A stretch of DNA of 64,000 nucleotides from an uncultured Verrucomicrobiae bacterium (GTDB lineage: Bacteria; Chlamydiota; Chlamydiia; Chlamydiales; Rhabdochlamydiaceae): assembly GCA_963818965.1 (NCBI GenBank), contig CAWFUG010000011.1, forward strand, positions 64,001-128,000, given 5' to 3'. Shown in pieces: positions 36,724-46,490 of this stretch. Numbering within the stretch: the first letter of the stretch is position 1; the number at the start of each line of letters is the position of its first letter. A program made the position numbers and the translations under genes. Below the pieces are notes generated by a model. That model ran no database searches and had not been told where the DNA came from. It saw nothing but the letters and a program-made list of their open reading frames with translations.

Positions 36724-37956
36724 CTAAGAATCGATATGAATCTCATTGAAGAGGCCTAGATGATCGGAAAGGGCCTCTTTTTGAAAGACTGTCCCATCGA
36801 AGCCTACGTCGATGAGCGTCGTGCGGATCGTCCCCCGCGATTTTTTAGTGAGCAGGCTGTGATCGAGATTGAGAGGATGAGATGCGCGCTTGCCCATGAT
36901 TTGAGTGCAGTAGGCGTCTCCACCCCACGTCTTTATTTTATCTAAGGAAGAGAGATCCTTTTTGAAGAGATGCTGCCAAGAAGAGGCTTCGTATTCAGCA
37001 TCATCGAGATTGAGATCGCCTGTTAGGATAACGCACTTGTCGGTTTCTTGTTCGATTTTATTTAAGATCAATTCCATCTGTTTTTCTCGAGAGATCCTTT
37101 CTTCTTCTGTAGAAAATGCAGGCTCTTCTGAGTGCTGAAGGTGGGTCGTAAAGATCCGGGCAAAGTTCTCGCCTTCGCTTTGTAAGTCAAAAGCAAAGAC
37201 TCCCTTTTCGACATTTTTGGTTCTGCCGACTAAAGACTCTAGGGGAAAAGGAGTGAATTCAGGGTTTGCGATGGCATATTTACTTGCGACGAAAATTCCC
37301 GAGGAGGCGCCGATGATTTTCGGGCCGATGTTGAAGTAGAAATGGGAATAACCCGCTTTTTTTAGCCTTTCGTACATGTAAAAGGCGGAGCTGGTATCGA
37401 ATGTCTCATAGAGACAGTTCACATCTGCATCTTGTGCGATGATTTTGTCGATGACGGGATCGATCCGAGAGACCCAAGGGAGAACGCCGCCGTCGCTGAT
37501 GGGATACCCCGCTCCAACAAAACAGACATTCCAAGAGAAAAGAGTAAAGGCGCGATCTTTCGGTAGTTCCTTGGTGGGGTTGTCTTTCTCATAAAAGTGG
37601 AGGAAGGGCTCTTTTTGGAGATTGACAGCGAGAGCTCTTAACGCCATGGCAGGTAGCGTCGAGATCGTCGCCTGTCGCACCTTTTCTGCTAACCGGACAA
37701 AAAGCAAACACTTCCTTCCTGCATCGGAAATCCTAAAAGGTGTGGGATGTAGCTCCTCTTCGATATGAAAACGCCTGAGGTATTCGTGAGCCCTACAAAT
37801 GGGATCAGTCCAATGAGCTGCAATCTGAAAAAGAGCACTGCGCATCTGATGTAGAGGAGAAGAAGGACTATCTTTTTCCTCATGGGGTATTGCTGTTCCC
37901 AAAGATAAGATCGCTGCGCCTAAAGTTAAATATAAAAAGACTTTACTTCTTTTCAC
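36724..37956 (-). CDS. endonuclease/exonuclease/phosphatase family protein (sphingomyelinase-like)
   Basis: SWNV, CLYE, SSG...ASKY, KG, TTHLQ, GDLN, LDH, LSDH; GTG start inferred. Confidence 0.82.
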   Translation of the reverse strand: MKRSKVFLYLTLGAAILSLGTAIPHEEKDSPSSPLHQMRSALFQIAAHWTDPICRAHEYLRRFHIEEELHPTPFRISDAGRKCLLFVRLAEKVRQATISTLPAMALRALAVNLQKEPFLHFYEKDNPTKELPKDRAFTLFSWNVCFVGAGYPISDGGVLPWVSRIDPVIDKIIAQDADVNCLYETFDTSSAFYMYERLKKAGYSHFYFNIGPKIIGASSGIFVASKYAIANPEFTPFPLESLVGRTKNVEKGVFAFDLQSEGENFARIFTTHLQHSEEPAFSTEEERISREKQMELILNKIEQETDKCVILTGDLNLDDAEYEASSWQHLFKKDLSSLDKIKTWGGDAYCTQIMGKRASHPLNLDHSLLTKKSRGTIRTTLIDVGFDGTVFQKEALSDHLGLFNEIHIDS

Positions 37957-38065
37957 AAAACCACCAGTTAAACAAGAACCAGTAATTGTAATAAAAATAA
38001 CAATTAAAATCAAGAATCAAAACAAAGCAAAACAAAGAAAGTCAAAAAAGATCTTGTTACTATTT

Positions 38066-38134
38066 TTTTACCACAGAGAGGAAATTCATATTAAAAAATT
38101 TCCTCTCTGCGGTTTCCCCTCTCTGTGGTAAAAA
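38066..38134. repeat. CCACAGAG-type palindromic repeat (family E)
   Basis: Near reverse complement of 43700-43765. Confidence 0.8.
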
Positions 38135-38158
38135 CTTCCGAATAACGTCGCTTTTACC

Positions 38159-39370
38159 TCATGTCGGAAGCCGCTGCGCCCGCCGTTCGTACCAGAAAAG
38201 CGTAGGCAGGGCTATGGCTAAAGAGCCTAAGACTACCCCGATCAGGGGGTAAGCGGTGCCGTTGTAGATGCTACTCGCGAACCCGATGACGAGGGCGGAG
38301 AGCAGGAGGCGAAAGCTCGTGAATAAGCTCGCCGTCGTTCCCTTAATCTCGGGGAGGAGTTCCATCCCCTCTGGGAAATAGAGGCCGAAGACCCAATTTG
38401 CTCCAAAGGTGTAGAACATCATGCCGAAGGTGAGCCAGTAGGGATTAGCGGGAGCGAGAAGGGCCGTAATTCCCAATAAAACCCCACCCAACGCACAGCA
38501 GAAAATGCCCATCTTTTTGACTTTAAAAGTGCCCCATTGCGCAAGGCGCGATTTTAAGAGGAGGCTCCCTGCGACCCAGCTGCCCAAAATCGCCACTTGA
38601 AAGAAGGGAAAGAGAGCTTTGCTAACCCCAAACTCGATGATAAAGAGGACGGAGGTCGCCGCTACGAAAGTGATATAGGCGGCAAAGAGAAGACTTGTGA
38701 TGATAGTCACCTGCCAAAAGCCCAAATGGCCGAGGGCTTGTTTGAAATCTCTACCGATTTTGTTCAGTTGAAAGGGCGCCCACTTTTCTTTCGGCAGTGT
38801 TTCTTTAAAAAGAGCTAAACAGATGACTAAACTCACCAATACAAAGAGCAGGATGGCTACAAAGTTAGAGCGGAACCCGAAATTATAATTAAGATACCCC
38901 CCTAATAGAGGAGCTGTCGCCATGATAATGGGGATGATCATGTTGAGGCTATTGATCGCATTGATCGCTTTTTCCTTTTGGAAGACATCGAAGAGAATCG
39001 CCGTACCGAGGGTAAAGCATCCCCCACTTCCGACCCCTTGGAGGATTCTTCCCCAGAGCATTTGGTCTAGGTTAGTGCCGAATAAAGTCAATAGACTCCC
39101 TATGAAGAACAGGAAAAGAGCGACTAGAAGGGGTCTTTTGCGACCAAACGCATCGGATAGGGGGCCATAAAAGGGACCGGCTAGGCAGATTCCGACGAAG
39201 TTCCAGGTAAGAAGGCTCTGAATCGCTCCTTCTGAGACGGAGAAGAACCGCATCATATCGGGTAACGCCGGCAGAAAGATATCTGTCTCCACGCAAGCTG
39301 CGATGAAGATGACGACGGTTAGAAATAAATACTTTAATTCAGTCTTTTGGGATTCTTTTTTCGAGGACAT
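38159..39370 (-). CDS. MFS drug efflux transporter, Bcr/CflA-like
   Basis: TDIFLPALP, GPLSDAFGRKRP, GRILQG, AP.LGG. Confidence 0.9.
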   Translation of the reverse strand: MSSKKESQKTELKYLFLTVVIFIAACVETDIFLPALPDMMRFFSVSEGAIQSLLTWNFVGICLAGPFYGPLSDAFGRKRPLLVALFLFFIGSLLTLFGTNLDQMLWGRILQGVGSGGCFTLGTAILFDVFQKEKAINAINSLNMIIPIIMATAPLLGGYLNYNFGFRSNFVAILLFVLVSLVICLALFKETLPKEKWAPFQLNKIGRDFKQALGHLGFWQVTIITSLLFAAYITFVAATSVLFIIEFGVSKALFPFFQVAILGSWVAGSLLLKSRLAQWGTFKVKKMGIFCCALGGVLLGITALLAPANPYWLTFGMMFYTFGANWVFGLYFPEGMELLPEIKGTTASLFTSFRLLLSALVIGFASSIYNGTAYPLIGVVLGSLAIALPTLFWYERRAQRLPT

Positions 39371-39493
39371 AGTCTTTCTGGGGGTGTTGTCTTAACTGAG
39401 AAGCATTTTACCCCTACAACTAATTAATTGTCACACAAAAAGAAAAAGGCGCGAATTGTAGATCTCGCGCCTTAAATTTTATAACAAGAATGA

Positions 39494-39883
39494 CTATTTC
39501 TTGATGTGCTTGCTGAGAATACCTGCGAGCTTGAGCATGTCGACAGGCTTCTTACCGATGACGTCCTCGAGCTTGCGGTCGGGAACGATCATTCTTCTGT
39601 TCTTCGCATCTTGGCACTTATGCGCCTTGATGTAGACCCAGAGTTTTTTAACGATTTGAGGACGGGTCACACGACCAGAACCGATAATCGCTTGTAATTC
39701 TGGAGATACAGAATAAGTAAGTTGAGTTAAACCCGATTTTCTACCTGTACCTGTTTTCTTTTTTGCTTTTGGTTTTTTCGCAGCGACCTTTTTCTTTACT
39801 GCGGGCTTTCTCGCCGCAGGCTTTTTCTTTGTTGTCTTAGCCTTTGGTCTTGCTTTTGCTTTTGCTTTTTTAGCCTTTGCCAT
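39494..39883 (-). CDS. SWIB/MDM2 domain protein with histone-H1-like K/A/P-rich N-terminus
   Basis: SPELQAIIG...RPQIVKKLWVYIK....QD..NRR.I.PD. Confidence 0.9.
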   Translation of the reverse strand: MAKAKKAKAKARPKAKTTKKKPAARKPAVKKKVAAKKPKAKKKTGTGRKSGLTQLTYSVSPELQAIIGSGRVTRPQIVKKLWVYIKAHKCQDAKNRRMIVPDRKLEDVIGKKPVDMLKLAGILSKHIKK

Positions 39884-39991
39884 AAACATTCCCTCTTTTT
39901 TAAAAGCTTCTAGGAAATTGCATGATTGCATTTTCCTGTTCTTCTAAATATTGATGTAAGAGCTTTGGAATATTCGTGCAAGTAATTTTTT

Positions 39992-41227
39992 TTACTTTTT
40001 TCCCCACGCGTTGTTTCTTCTGGGGCGAAAATCGTTCGTTCTAGGACGAAAATCGTTCGATCGCTGTTTCTTGAGGAAAGGTTTTTTCTTCTTTTTATCA
40101 GGTGCAGCAGCAGCAGTTCCTTCAATCTTAATTCCAGAGAATTTTTCGATCTCTTTTTGGATCTGGCGATCTTTGTAAGAAAAGAAAGAAAAAGCGAGCC
40201 CCTTGCCCCCTGCTCTTCCCGTACGACCGATTCGGTGGATGTAATCGTCTAGGGTGCTAGGCGCATCGAAATTGATCACGTGGCTGATCGAAAGGACATC
40301 GATCCCTCGTGCCGCGACGTCAGTTGCGACGAGGATCTGGATCTTTTTTATGCGAAAGGAGTGGATGGTACGGGTGCGCTGATTTTGACGCATGTCCCCG
40401 TGGAGAGCTCCGACATTGAACCCTTTTTCACTCAATTCGTCGACGAGACGCTCTGTCTGCATCTTAGTCGCAGAAAAGACGATCGCTTGTTCTAGATTTT
40501 CTTGAGAGAGAATTTGCTCGAGGCGATTGAGTTTATCATCTAAGCCATTCGTGTGGAAAAAGGATTGCTCAATGTGTTCTTGTTTTCTCTCTGCAGAAGA
40601 TAAGGAAATCTCAAAGGGGTTGTTAAGCAGAGTTTCTGAGAGCTTCTTCATCGACTTGCCGAAAGTAGCTGAAAACATGACGGTTTGCCGTGTGGAGGGC
40701 ATCTTCGATGCGATCTCTTCGACGGGGCCGATAAATCCCATGTCCAGCATCCGATCTGCCTCATCGAGGATGAACATCTGTATGTGATCTAACCGCGCTC
40801 GCTTTCTCTCGACATGGTCGATTAAGCGCCCCGGAGTTGCGATCAAGATGTCGTGTGGTTTCGCCAAATCGCGGTACTGTTTATCATAAGGGACTCCCCC
40901 GAAGAGAGAAACGATGACTAACCCTAAATTTTTTGCCAACGTTGCCGCATCCCTTGCGATCTGCATCGCGAGCTCGCGAGTAGGAGCTAGGATCAGTACG
41001 CGGGGCAGTTTTTTTCCCCTCTCTTGGGTCAACTTCATAAGGGCGGGAAGGAGAAAGGCAGCGGTCTTGCCCGATCCAGTCTGGGAAATCGCGCGCAAAT
41101 CCCCTCCTTTCATCAGTTCAGGAATCGCTTCGGCTTGGATGGGTGTCGGCTCCTTAAACCCTAGCTGCTCAAGGGTCTGTAGGATCTTCTCGTGGGAAAT
41201 TAGGTCTTTAAATTGCATGGGCTCCAT
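39992..41227 (-). CDS. DEAD-box RNA helicase
   Basis: QTGSGKT, PTRELA, TPGR, DEAD, SAT, HRIGRTGR. Confidence 0.95.
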   Translation of the reverse strand: MEPMQFKDLISHEKILQTLEQLGFKEPTPIQAEAIPELMKGGDLRAISQTGSGKTAAFLLPALMKLTQERGKKLPRVLILAPTRELAMQIARDAATLAKNLGLVIVSLFGGVPYDKQYRDLAKPHDILIATPGRLIDHVERKRARLDHIQMFILDEADRMLDMGFIGPVEEIASKMPSTRQTVMFSATFGKSMKKLSETLLNNPFEISLSSAERKQEHIEQSFFHTNGLDDKLNRLEQILSQENLEQAIVFSATKMQTERLVDELSEKGFNVGALHGDMRQNQRTRTIHSFRIKKIQILVATDVAARGIDVLSISHVINFDAPSTLDDYIHRIGRTGRAGGKGLAFSFFSYKDRQIQKEIEKFSGIKIEGTAAAAPDKKKKKPFLKKQRSNDFRPRTNDFRPRRNNAWGKK

Positions 41228-41359
41228 AATTTTGTTGAAAATTGTCGCCTAAGAGTAGCATAGGGGCAGATACAAAGCATGCAAAAAGCGATGGACTGAA
41301 AAGTTAAATTTTAGGATATTGCTTTCGACTAGCCCTCAATTTACACAGGATAACGCCCC

Positions 41360-42031
41360 ATGAGAAAACTTTTAATTCTAGCTTGCTCATTCTTCGCATT
41401 GACTCAAGGATTTGCTAAAAGCTGCTGTGAAGTGACAGATAACGCCTTATTGATCGGTCGACCTGCCCCTACTATCAGTACAAAAGCCGTCCTCGGACCC
41501 ACTATCCTGGAGGATTTCAATTTAGAAGCCTTCCAAGGACAATACGTGATCCTTTTCTTTTACCCCTTAGATTTCACTTTCGTCTGCCCCACCGAGCTCC
41601 TCGCCTTTCAGGACAAACTAGAAGAGTTTCAAGCGAGAAACGCCCAAGTCATCGCCTGTTCGGTCGACAGTCCTTTTAGTCATCTCGCTTGGCTCAATAC
41701 ACCGACGTCTGAAGGAGGAATCGCAGGAGTCGAATTCCCGATCATCGCCGATCTCGATAAATCGGTCTCTCGCAGCTTCCGCGTTCTCAATGAAAAAGAG
41801 GGAATCGCCTACCGCGGACTCTTCCTTATGGATCGAGATGGGGTGATCCGCCACCAACTCGTCAACGATCTGGCATTAGGGCGCAACATCGACGAGGCGC
41901 TCCGTCTATTGGATGCTCTCATCGCCCATGAAGAAGAGGGCAACGTCTGTCCCGCAAACTGGCGCCCTGGCGATACGACCCTGACCCCCACGATGGAAGG
42001 CCTTCTCGAGTTCCTTAAACAAGCGCACTGA
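41360..42031 (+). CDS. ahpC: 2-Cys peroxiredoxin (AhpC type) with signal-peptide-like N-terminus
   Basis: FYPLDFTFVCPTE, VCPANW. Confidence 0.9.
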   Translation: MRKLLILACSFFALTQGFAKSCCEVTDNALLIGRPAPTISTKAVLGPTILEDFNLEAFQGQYVILFFYPLDFTFVCPTELLAFQDKLEEFQARNAQVIACSVDSPFSHLAWLNTPTSEGGIAGVEFPIIADLDKSVSRSFRVLNEKEGIAYRGLFLMDRDGVIRHQLVNDLALGRNIDEALRLLDALIAHEEEGNVCPANWRPGDTTLTPTMEGLLEFLKQAH

Positions 42032-42043
42032 TTACGAGAATCC

Positions 42044-42103
42044 CCCTCTCTGTGTTCCCTGTAGTGAAAAAAACCACCACAGAGAACACAGGGCACACAG
42101 AGG
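42044..42103. repeat. CCACAGAG-type palindromic repeat (family E variant)
   Basis: CTCTCTGTGTTCCCTGTAGTG...CACCACAGAGAACACAGGGCACACAGAG. Confidence 0.7.
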
Positions 42104-42233
42104 ATCGTAAAAAAGCATGTCGATCCTTTCCCAATAACTGGCGCCGTAGCGATACACCACCCAGACCCCAACGACAGAAGATCTTGTCGAGTTCCTTAAA
42201 ATAAGCGCCTCCCATTTTTTCCCTTTAATCAAG

Positions 42234-42662
42234 ATGGAAGAAAAAAATGTAGGAAAGACCATTGAATTAATTCATCAGGAACTTGAGAAAATAGGACTCG
42301 TCATAAAAAATCCAGTGCTACAGCCCGAAGGAGCAGACTTGAATTCTTTTTCTAATCCTACTCTCCAATTTACAATTGAACAATTGGTAGACGCAACAAA
42401 CACCCCCCTTCCCGTCTTACATGCCACACTTGCCATAAGCAATGTAGCTGAACTCGGAAAAATTAAAGAATTGATGTCAATAGACACAAATCGTTGGTCT
42501 ATCTATCTGGAGAAAACAAACGATATCGAAAAGATAATTAAGAAGACGCTCCCTTACCTGCTCAAGGAATTTAATGCAGAGTTCCAAGCGACCAACACGA
42601 ATGGTCAAAAGCCTACATTCTCTATTAGCTATGATGGTTCTTGGTGGAAAACTCCAACATAA
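42234..42662 (+). CDS. hypothetical protein
   Basis: 142-aa AT-rich ATG ORF. Confidence 0.55.
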   Translation: MEEKNVGKTIELIHQELEKIGLVIKNPVLQPEGADLNSFSNPTLQFTIEQLVDATNTPLPVLHATLAISNVAELGKIKELMSIDTNRWSIYLEKTNDIEKIIKKTLPYLLKEFNAEFQATNTNGQKPTFSISYDGSWWKTPT

Positions 42663-42669
42663 AAACGCC

Positions 42670-43548
42670 TTACGCATTTTTAGCTAAGTCTTTGAATGTG
42701 AAACTGGGATCCAGTTTCAATTCAGAGACTACTCCCTTCAGAGCGCGAAAAGGAGTCGTATATGAAATTTTCTCCCCATCTCTGCCGGTAAACACAAATC
42801 CTTTTTTGCGGCCTACTATGTAAGCCTCTATATTCTTAAACAAATGTCGAGGATAGGAGACTTCTTCATCAAAACATAGCACAGAACGATTAAAATCGAT
42901 GTCTTCTATTTTCAATGAGAGAATTTCTTCCAGAGGCCTATACCCACCCAGATAGAATAATTTGACCAAGATTTGTTCTCGGAGATCCATTCGGTCTAAT
43001 AGATCTATATAAGATTCAAAAGCGAGCAACCTTCTTTGCGTTCGAATCCGATCAAGATCTTTTGCCTCAGGGATATAGCCACAAGTCTCTTTAGACAGCC
43101 ATTCGGCAAAATTTTTATACAACAAAACATAATCTTCCCGCTTGGTGACAGACCAATCCTCGAAACAACGGACTTCCTCTATAACAAAAGAAGGGTCCTG
43201 CAAGGATAGATCTTCTAGGACAACCGTTTTTTTCTGATTTGAAACAAGAAGAACAAGTCCTGCGCCAACAAGGTCATGCATCATTCGAAGATACCTTTCT
43301 CCAAATATCCTATCATTGCGCATCCCGCCCCCCCATAAAAGAACCAAAGCAGAAAACGGCACCTGAGCAATCTCGTTTCTAAAGAGAGCTATTTGCCTAT
43401 GTTGATCCTCAGAACACCTCGAAAAATCAATCTTTAGGGCGGATAGATTCTCTTCGTTCTGCTCAGGATCGACAGAAAGACAAATCTCAAGCAATTGCTC
43501 ATAAGCAGGCCTTTCTTTTCCGTTTGTATATATTTTTTTATTCCCCAT
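42670..43548 (-). CDS. protein with a truncated tyrosine-recombinase-like C-terminal domain
   Basis: LFYLGGYRPLEEILSLKIEDIDF box-I-like motif, GFVF; no HxxR or terminal Tyr segment. Confidence 0.6.
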   Translation of the reverse strand: MGNKKIYTNGKERPAYEQLLEICLSVDPEQNEENLSALKIDFSRCSEDQHRQIALFRNEIAQVPFSALVLLWGGGMRNDRIFGERYLRMMHDLVGAGLVLLVSNQKKTVVLEDLSLQDPSFVIEEVRCFEDWSVTKREDYVLLYKNFAEWLSKETCGYIPEAKDLDRIRTQRRLLAFESYIDLLDRMDLREQILVKLFYLGGYRPLEEILSLKIEDIDFNRSVLCFDEEVSYPRHLFKNIEAYIVGRKKGFVFTGRDGEKISYTTPFRALKGVVSELKLDPSFTFKDLAKNA

Positions 43549-43685
43549 ATTTTCCCTAAAAACCTGAGTTATCCCTTCAGTTTACAGGGAGTTATTGCAT
43601 ATTTCGAGCAATTTTTAAAGTCCTCATTTTTTTCCATAGATTGTTAAGCCGTCATTTACGTTGCTGCCTCCCGAAGGGAGCAGCT

Positions 43686-43818
43686 GTCTGTGGTGATCTT
43701 TTTTACCACAGAGAGGGGAAACCACAGAGAGGGAATTTTTTAATATGAATTTCCTCTCTGTGGTTTTCCCTCTCTGTGGTGAAATTGCATATATTCAGAA
43801 TGGAGTGATGGAGAGCTA
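43686..43818. repeat. CCACAGAG-type palindromic repeat (family E), longest copy
   Basis: Two ACCACAGAGAGG units facing two CCTCTCTGTGGT units, plus the shared tail. Confidence 0.85.
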
Positions 43819-43955
43819 GATTAGGTTCTCATGAATTACGCAACAAAGCCGCTTGCCTATCCTATAAATTTTCAAGGGGATATATTTTTTCTTTACATTT
43901 TTTATAACCTATGCAAAACAAAAGAATATAATCACAAACAAAAAGGGTGAGGGTT

Positions 43956-44303
43956 ATGACGAACATAAAGAAAATCATCGGTGTTGTTTTATGCGTTCTC
44001 GGGATTGCCGGAATTATCGTATCTAACTACATCTCAAACCAAGTTGCAGAGGGCAAACTTAAAATTGCCAAAGGACAAAGCCAAGTCAATCAGGGAAAAA
44101 GGCTCTTTTCCTTAACTCCTGCGACAAAAGAGATGGGCAAGGGAATGACAGATTCCGCTCAAAGAAAAATCGATGCTGGAAAAGGGCAAGTGCAGGACTA
44201 TGAAATGATCGCACGTGAGCTCGAGATCGGTGGAATCATTTTGATCGTAGCAGGTGCTGTGGTATTCCTCCTAGGTTGCGGACATAAGGAAAAAAAGCGC
44301 TAA
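43956..44303 (+). CDS. hypothetical two-TM membrane protein
   Basis: Hydrophobic N- and C-terminal segments; GAGG RBS. Confidence 0.7.
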   Translation: MTNIKKIIGVVLCVLGIAGIIVSNYISNQVAEGKLKIAKGQSQVNQGKRLFSLTPATKEMGKGMTDSAQRKIDAGKGQVQDYEMIARELEIGGIILIVAGAVVFLLGCGHKEKKR

Positions 44304-44343
44304 GAAACAGGTTCTTAGGATACCCAAAATTGTCTCCCCCTGA

Positions 44344-44383
44344 TATACTGCGCCCGGTCAGGAATTGCGAATTTGAGCTGCGT
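44344..44383. mobile_element. solo left arm of MITE family A2
   Basis: TATACTGCGCCCGGTCAGGAATTGCGAATTTGAGC identical to 59046-59080. Confidence 0.85.
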
Positions 44384-44443
44384 GAAAGCTCCCGAAGCCC
44401 GATTTTGCAGCAACTTAGAATTTTTAAAGGGGGAGGGCCAAAA

Positions 44444-45634
44444 ATGGGAAAGACAGCGCAAACACTCATCCGCCATCGCAGTGTTCAGATCCTCCTGGTT
44501 CTCATGCTCTATTGGGCTGCAGGGGATTTTCTTCCCAAAGAGATCCATGCTCTTTTTTACACGATTAGCTTGCTCATCAAAGACGTCTTGCTGTGGATCT
44601 TGCCGATTACGGTCGGTTTTTTCATCGCTCATGCGATCGCTTCATTTGAAAGGCGCGCTCCCCTTTTCATCTTGTGCTTATTTCTCTTTGAGGCGCTCTC
44701 TAATTCGGCAAGTGTTTGGTACGCCTATGGTTGGGGACATCTGGCCAGCGCTTATCTTCCTGCCATAGAACCACACGCCCTCGATGATACTTTCCATGCG
44801 CTGTGGCGCCTTCCCTTCATCCGTCCTGCGTGGTGGGCGGCAGATAAGGGTGTTCTCGCAGGGATTCTCTTCGGGCTCATCGCAGCTTTCCGGTTCCCTG
44901 CTGTGAAAAGGGGGATCGCTTTAGGGAAAGAAAAGGTGGAGTGGATTTTAACCCGCGGTTTTTCTCGATTGATTCCCCTCTTCATCCTCGGATTTATCGC
45001 GAAGGTCTTTCAAACGCATCTCTTCCACCAGATGTTCGCGCACTCTATCAGTTTGCTCTTATGGCTCCTCGTGTCCTTGGTCCTGTATATCGCCTTTCTC
45101 TTCTTTTTAGGCAGCGGAAGATCATTGAGCACGTTCTCGAGAAGTATCAAGAATCTCTTACCGGCGGCGGGGGTGGCTTTGGGCTCTGGCTGCAGTCTGT
45201 CCACGCTCCCCTGGACGATCGAGGGCACGTCTAAAAATCTGAACGATCCTTCGCTTGCCAAAGCAGTGATTCCCGCTTCGACGAATATCCAGCAGATCGG
45301 AGATTGCTTGACACAAGCCTTTCTGTGCTGTCTGATCTACACCCACTTCAACGGTCACCCTCCCTCTCTTGCCACTTGGAGTGCTTTTACTACTGTCTTT
45401 GTCCTCGCGCGCTTTGCTACAGCTGCTGTCCTCGGAGGCGCGATTTTTATCATGCTCCCTATCTACGAAGCCTATCTCCATTTTACCCCTGAAATGATCG
45501 CCATCATTCTCGCTTTCAATGCGATCCTCGACCCGATCATCACCTCTTCCAACGTGATCTCCAATGGAGCTCTCTGCCGCGTGTTTGAAAAAATGTGGAA
45601 CCTTTGTACTCAGATCATTGTGAGGAAAACCTAA
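44444..45634 (+). CDS. cation:dicarboxylate/amino acid symporter family protein
   Basis: [33 protein letters not shown]. Confidence 0.8.
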   Translation: MGKTAQTLIRHRSVQILLVLMLYWAAGDFLPKEIHALFYTISLLIKDVLLWILPITVGFFIAHAIASFERRAPLFILCLFLFEALSNSASVWYAYGWGHLASAYLPAIEPHALDDTFHALWRLPFIRPAWWAADKGVLAGILFGLIAAFRFPAVKRGIALGKEKVEWILTRGFSRLIPLFILGFIAKVFQTHLFHQMFAHSISLLLWLLVSLVLYIAFLFFLGSGRSLSTFSRSIKNLLPAAGVALGSGCSLSTLPWTIEGTSKNLNDPSLAKAVIPASTNIQQIGDCLTQAFLCCLIYTHFNGHPPSLATWSAFTTVFVLARFATAAVLGGAIFIMLPIYEAYLHFTPEMIAIILAFNAILDPIITSSNVISNGALCRVFEKMWNLCTQIIVRKT

Positions 45635-45635
45635 G

Positions 45636-46490
45636 ATGTTTCGCTACCATCCGCTCTCTTTTAAAGAAGAAGAAATCATCGTCCACAAACACACAGAACC
45701 TCCCGGCAGTGGAGAATTCGACACCTTCTCCCACCCAGGCGTTTTCGTCTGCAGACGGTGCGATGCGCCGCTCTATCTCTCCAGAGATAAATTTTCCTCT
45801 GGGTGTGGCTGGCCGAGTTTTGATGAAGAGATCGAGGGAAGTGTCGAGAAACTCCCCGATCCAGATGGAAGGCGCACGGAAATTCTCTGCCGGCGTTGCC
45901 ATGCGCATTTGGGACATGTCTTTGTTGGCGAGCGATTAACTGAAAAAAATGTGCGGCACTGCGTCAACTCCCTTTCGATGTCCTTTATCCCCGCTTTTAC
46001 GCATGAGGGGTATGAGCGCGCTCTCTTCGCAGGGGGCTGTTTTTGGGGTGTGGAGCACCTGCTTCAAGCAGAAGAGGGTGTGATCCGCACGAATGTAGGC
46101 TACACGGGTGGGCACGTCATCGATCCCTCTTATGAGGAGGTCTGTTCTGGATTGACAGGCCATGCAGAGGCGGTAGAGGTCATCTTCGATCCTTACAAGA
46201 CCTCCTATGAAACTCTGCTGAAGCTCTTCTTAGAAATCCACGATCCGACGCAAAAGATGCGCCAGGGCCCCGATATCGGACCCCAGTACCGCTCTGCGAT
46301 TTTCTACCTGACAGAAGAGCAGCGCCAAACGGCAGAAAATCTACTCCATTTTTTAAAACACCGGGGTCTCTCTCTTGTGACAGAGCTCACTCCTGCAGGG
46401 CCTTTTTATCTAGCGGAAGAAAAACACCAACATTACTATGACAAAACAGGACAAGTTCCCTATTGCCATCAAAGAGTAAAGCGTTTTTAG
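45636..46490 (+). CDS. msrAB: bifunctional methionine sulfoxide reductase, MsrB-MsrA order
   Basis: [20 protein letters not shown] (MsrB); GGCFWG, GHAE, QYRSAIF, AEEKHQ (MsrA). Confidence 0.95.
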   Translation: MFRYHPLSFKEEEIIVHKHTEPPGSGEFDTFSHPGVFVCRRCDAPLYLSRDKFSSGCGWPSFDEEIEGSVEKLPDPDGRRTEILCRRCHAHLGHVFVGERLTEKNVRHCVNSLSMSFIPAFTHEGYERALFAGGCFWGVEHLLQAEEGVIRTNVGYTGGHVIDPSYEEVCSGLTGHAEAVEVIFDPYKTSYETLLKLFLEIHDPTQKMRQGPDIGPQYRSAIFYLTEEQRQTAENLLHFLKHRGLSLVTELTPAGPFYLAEEKHQHYYDKTGQVPYCHQRVKRF

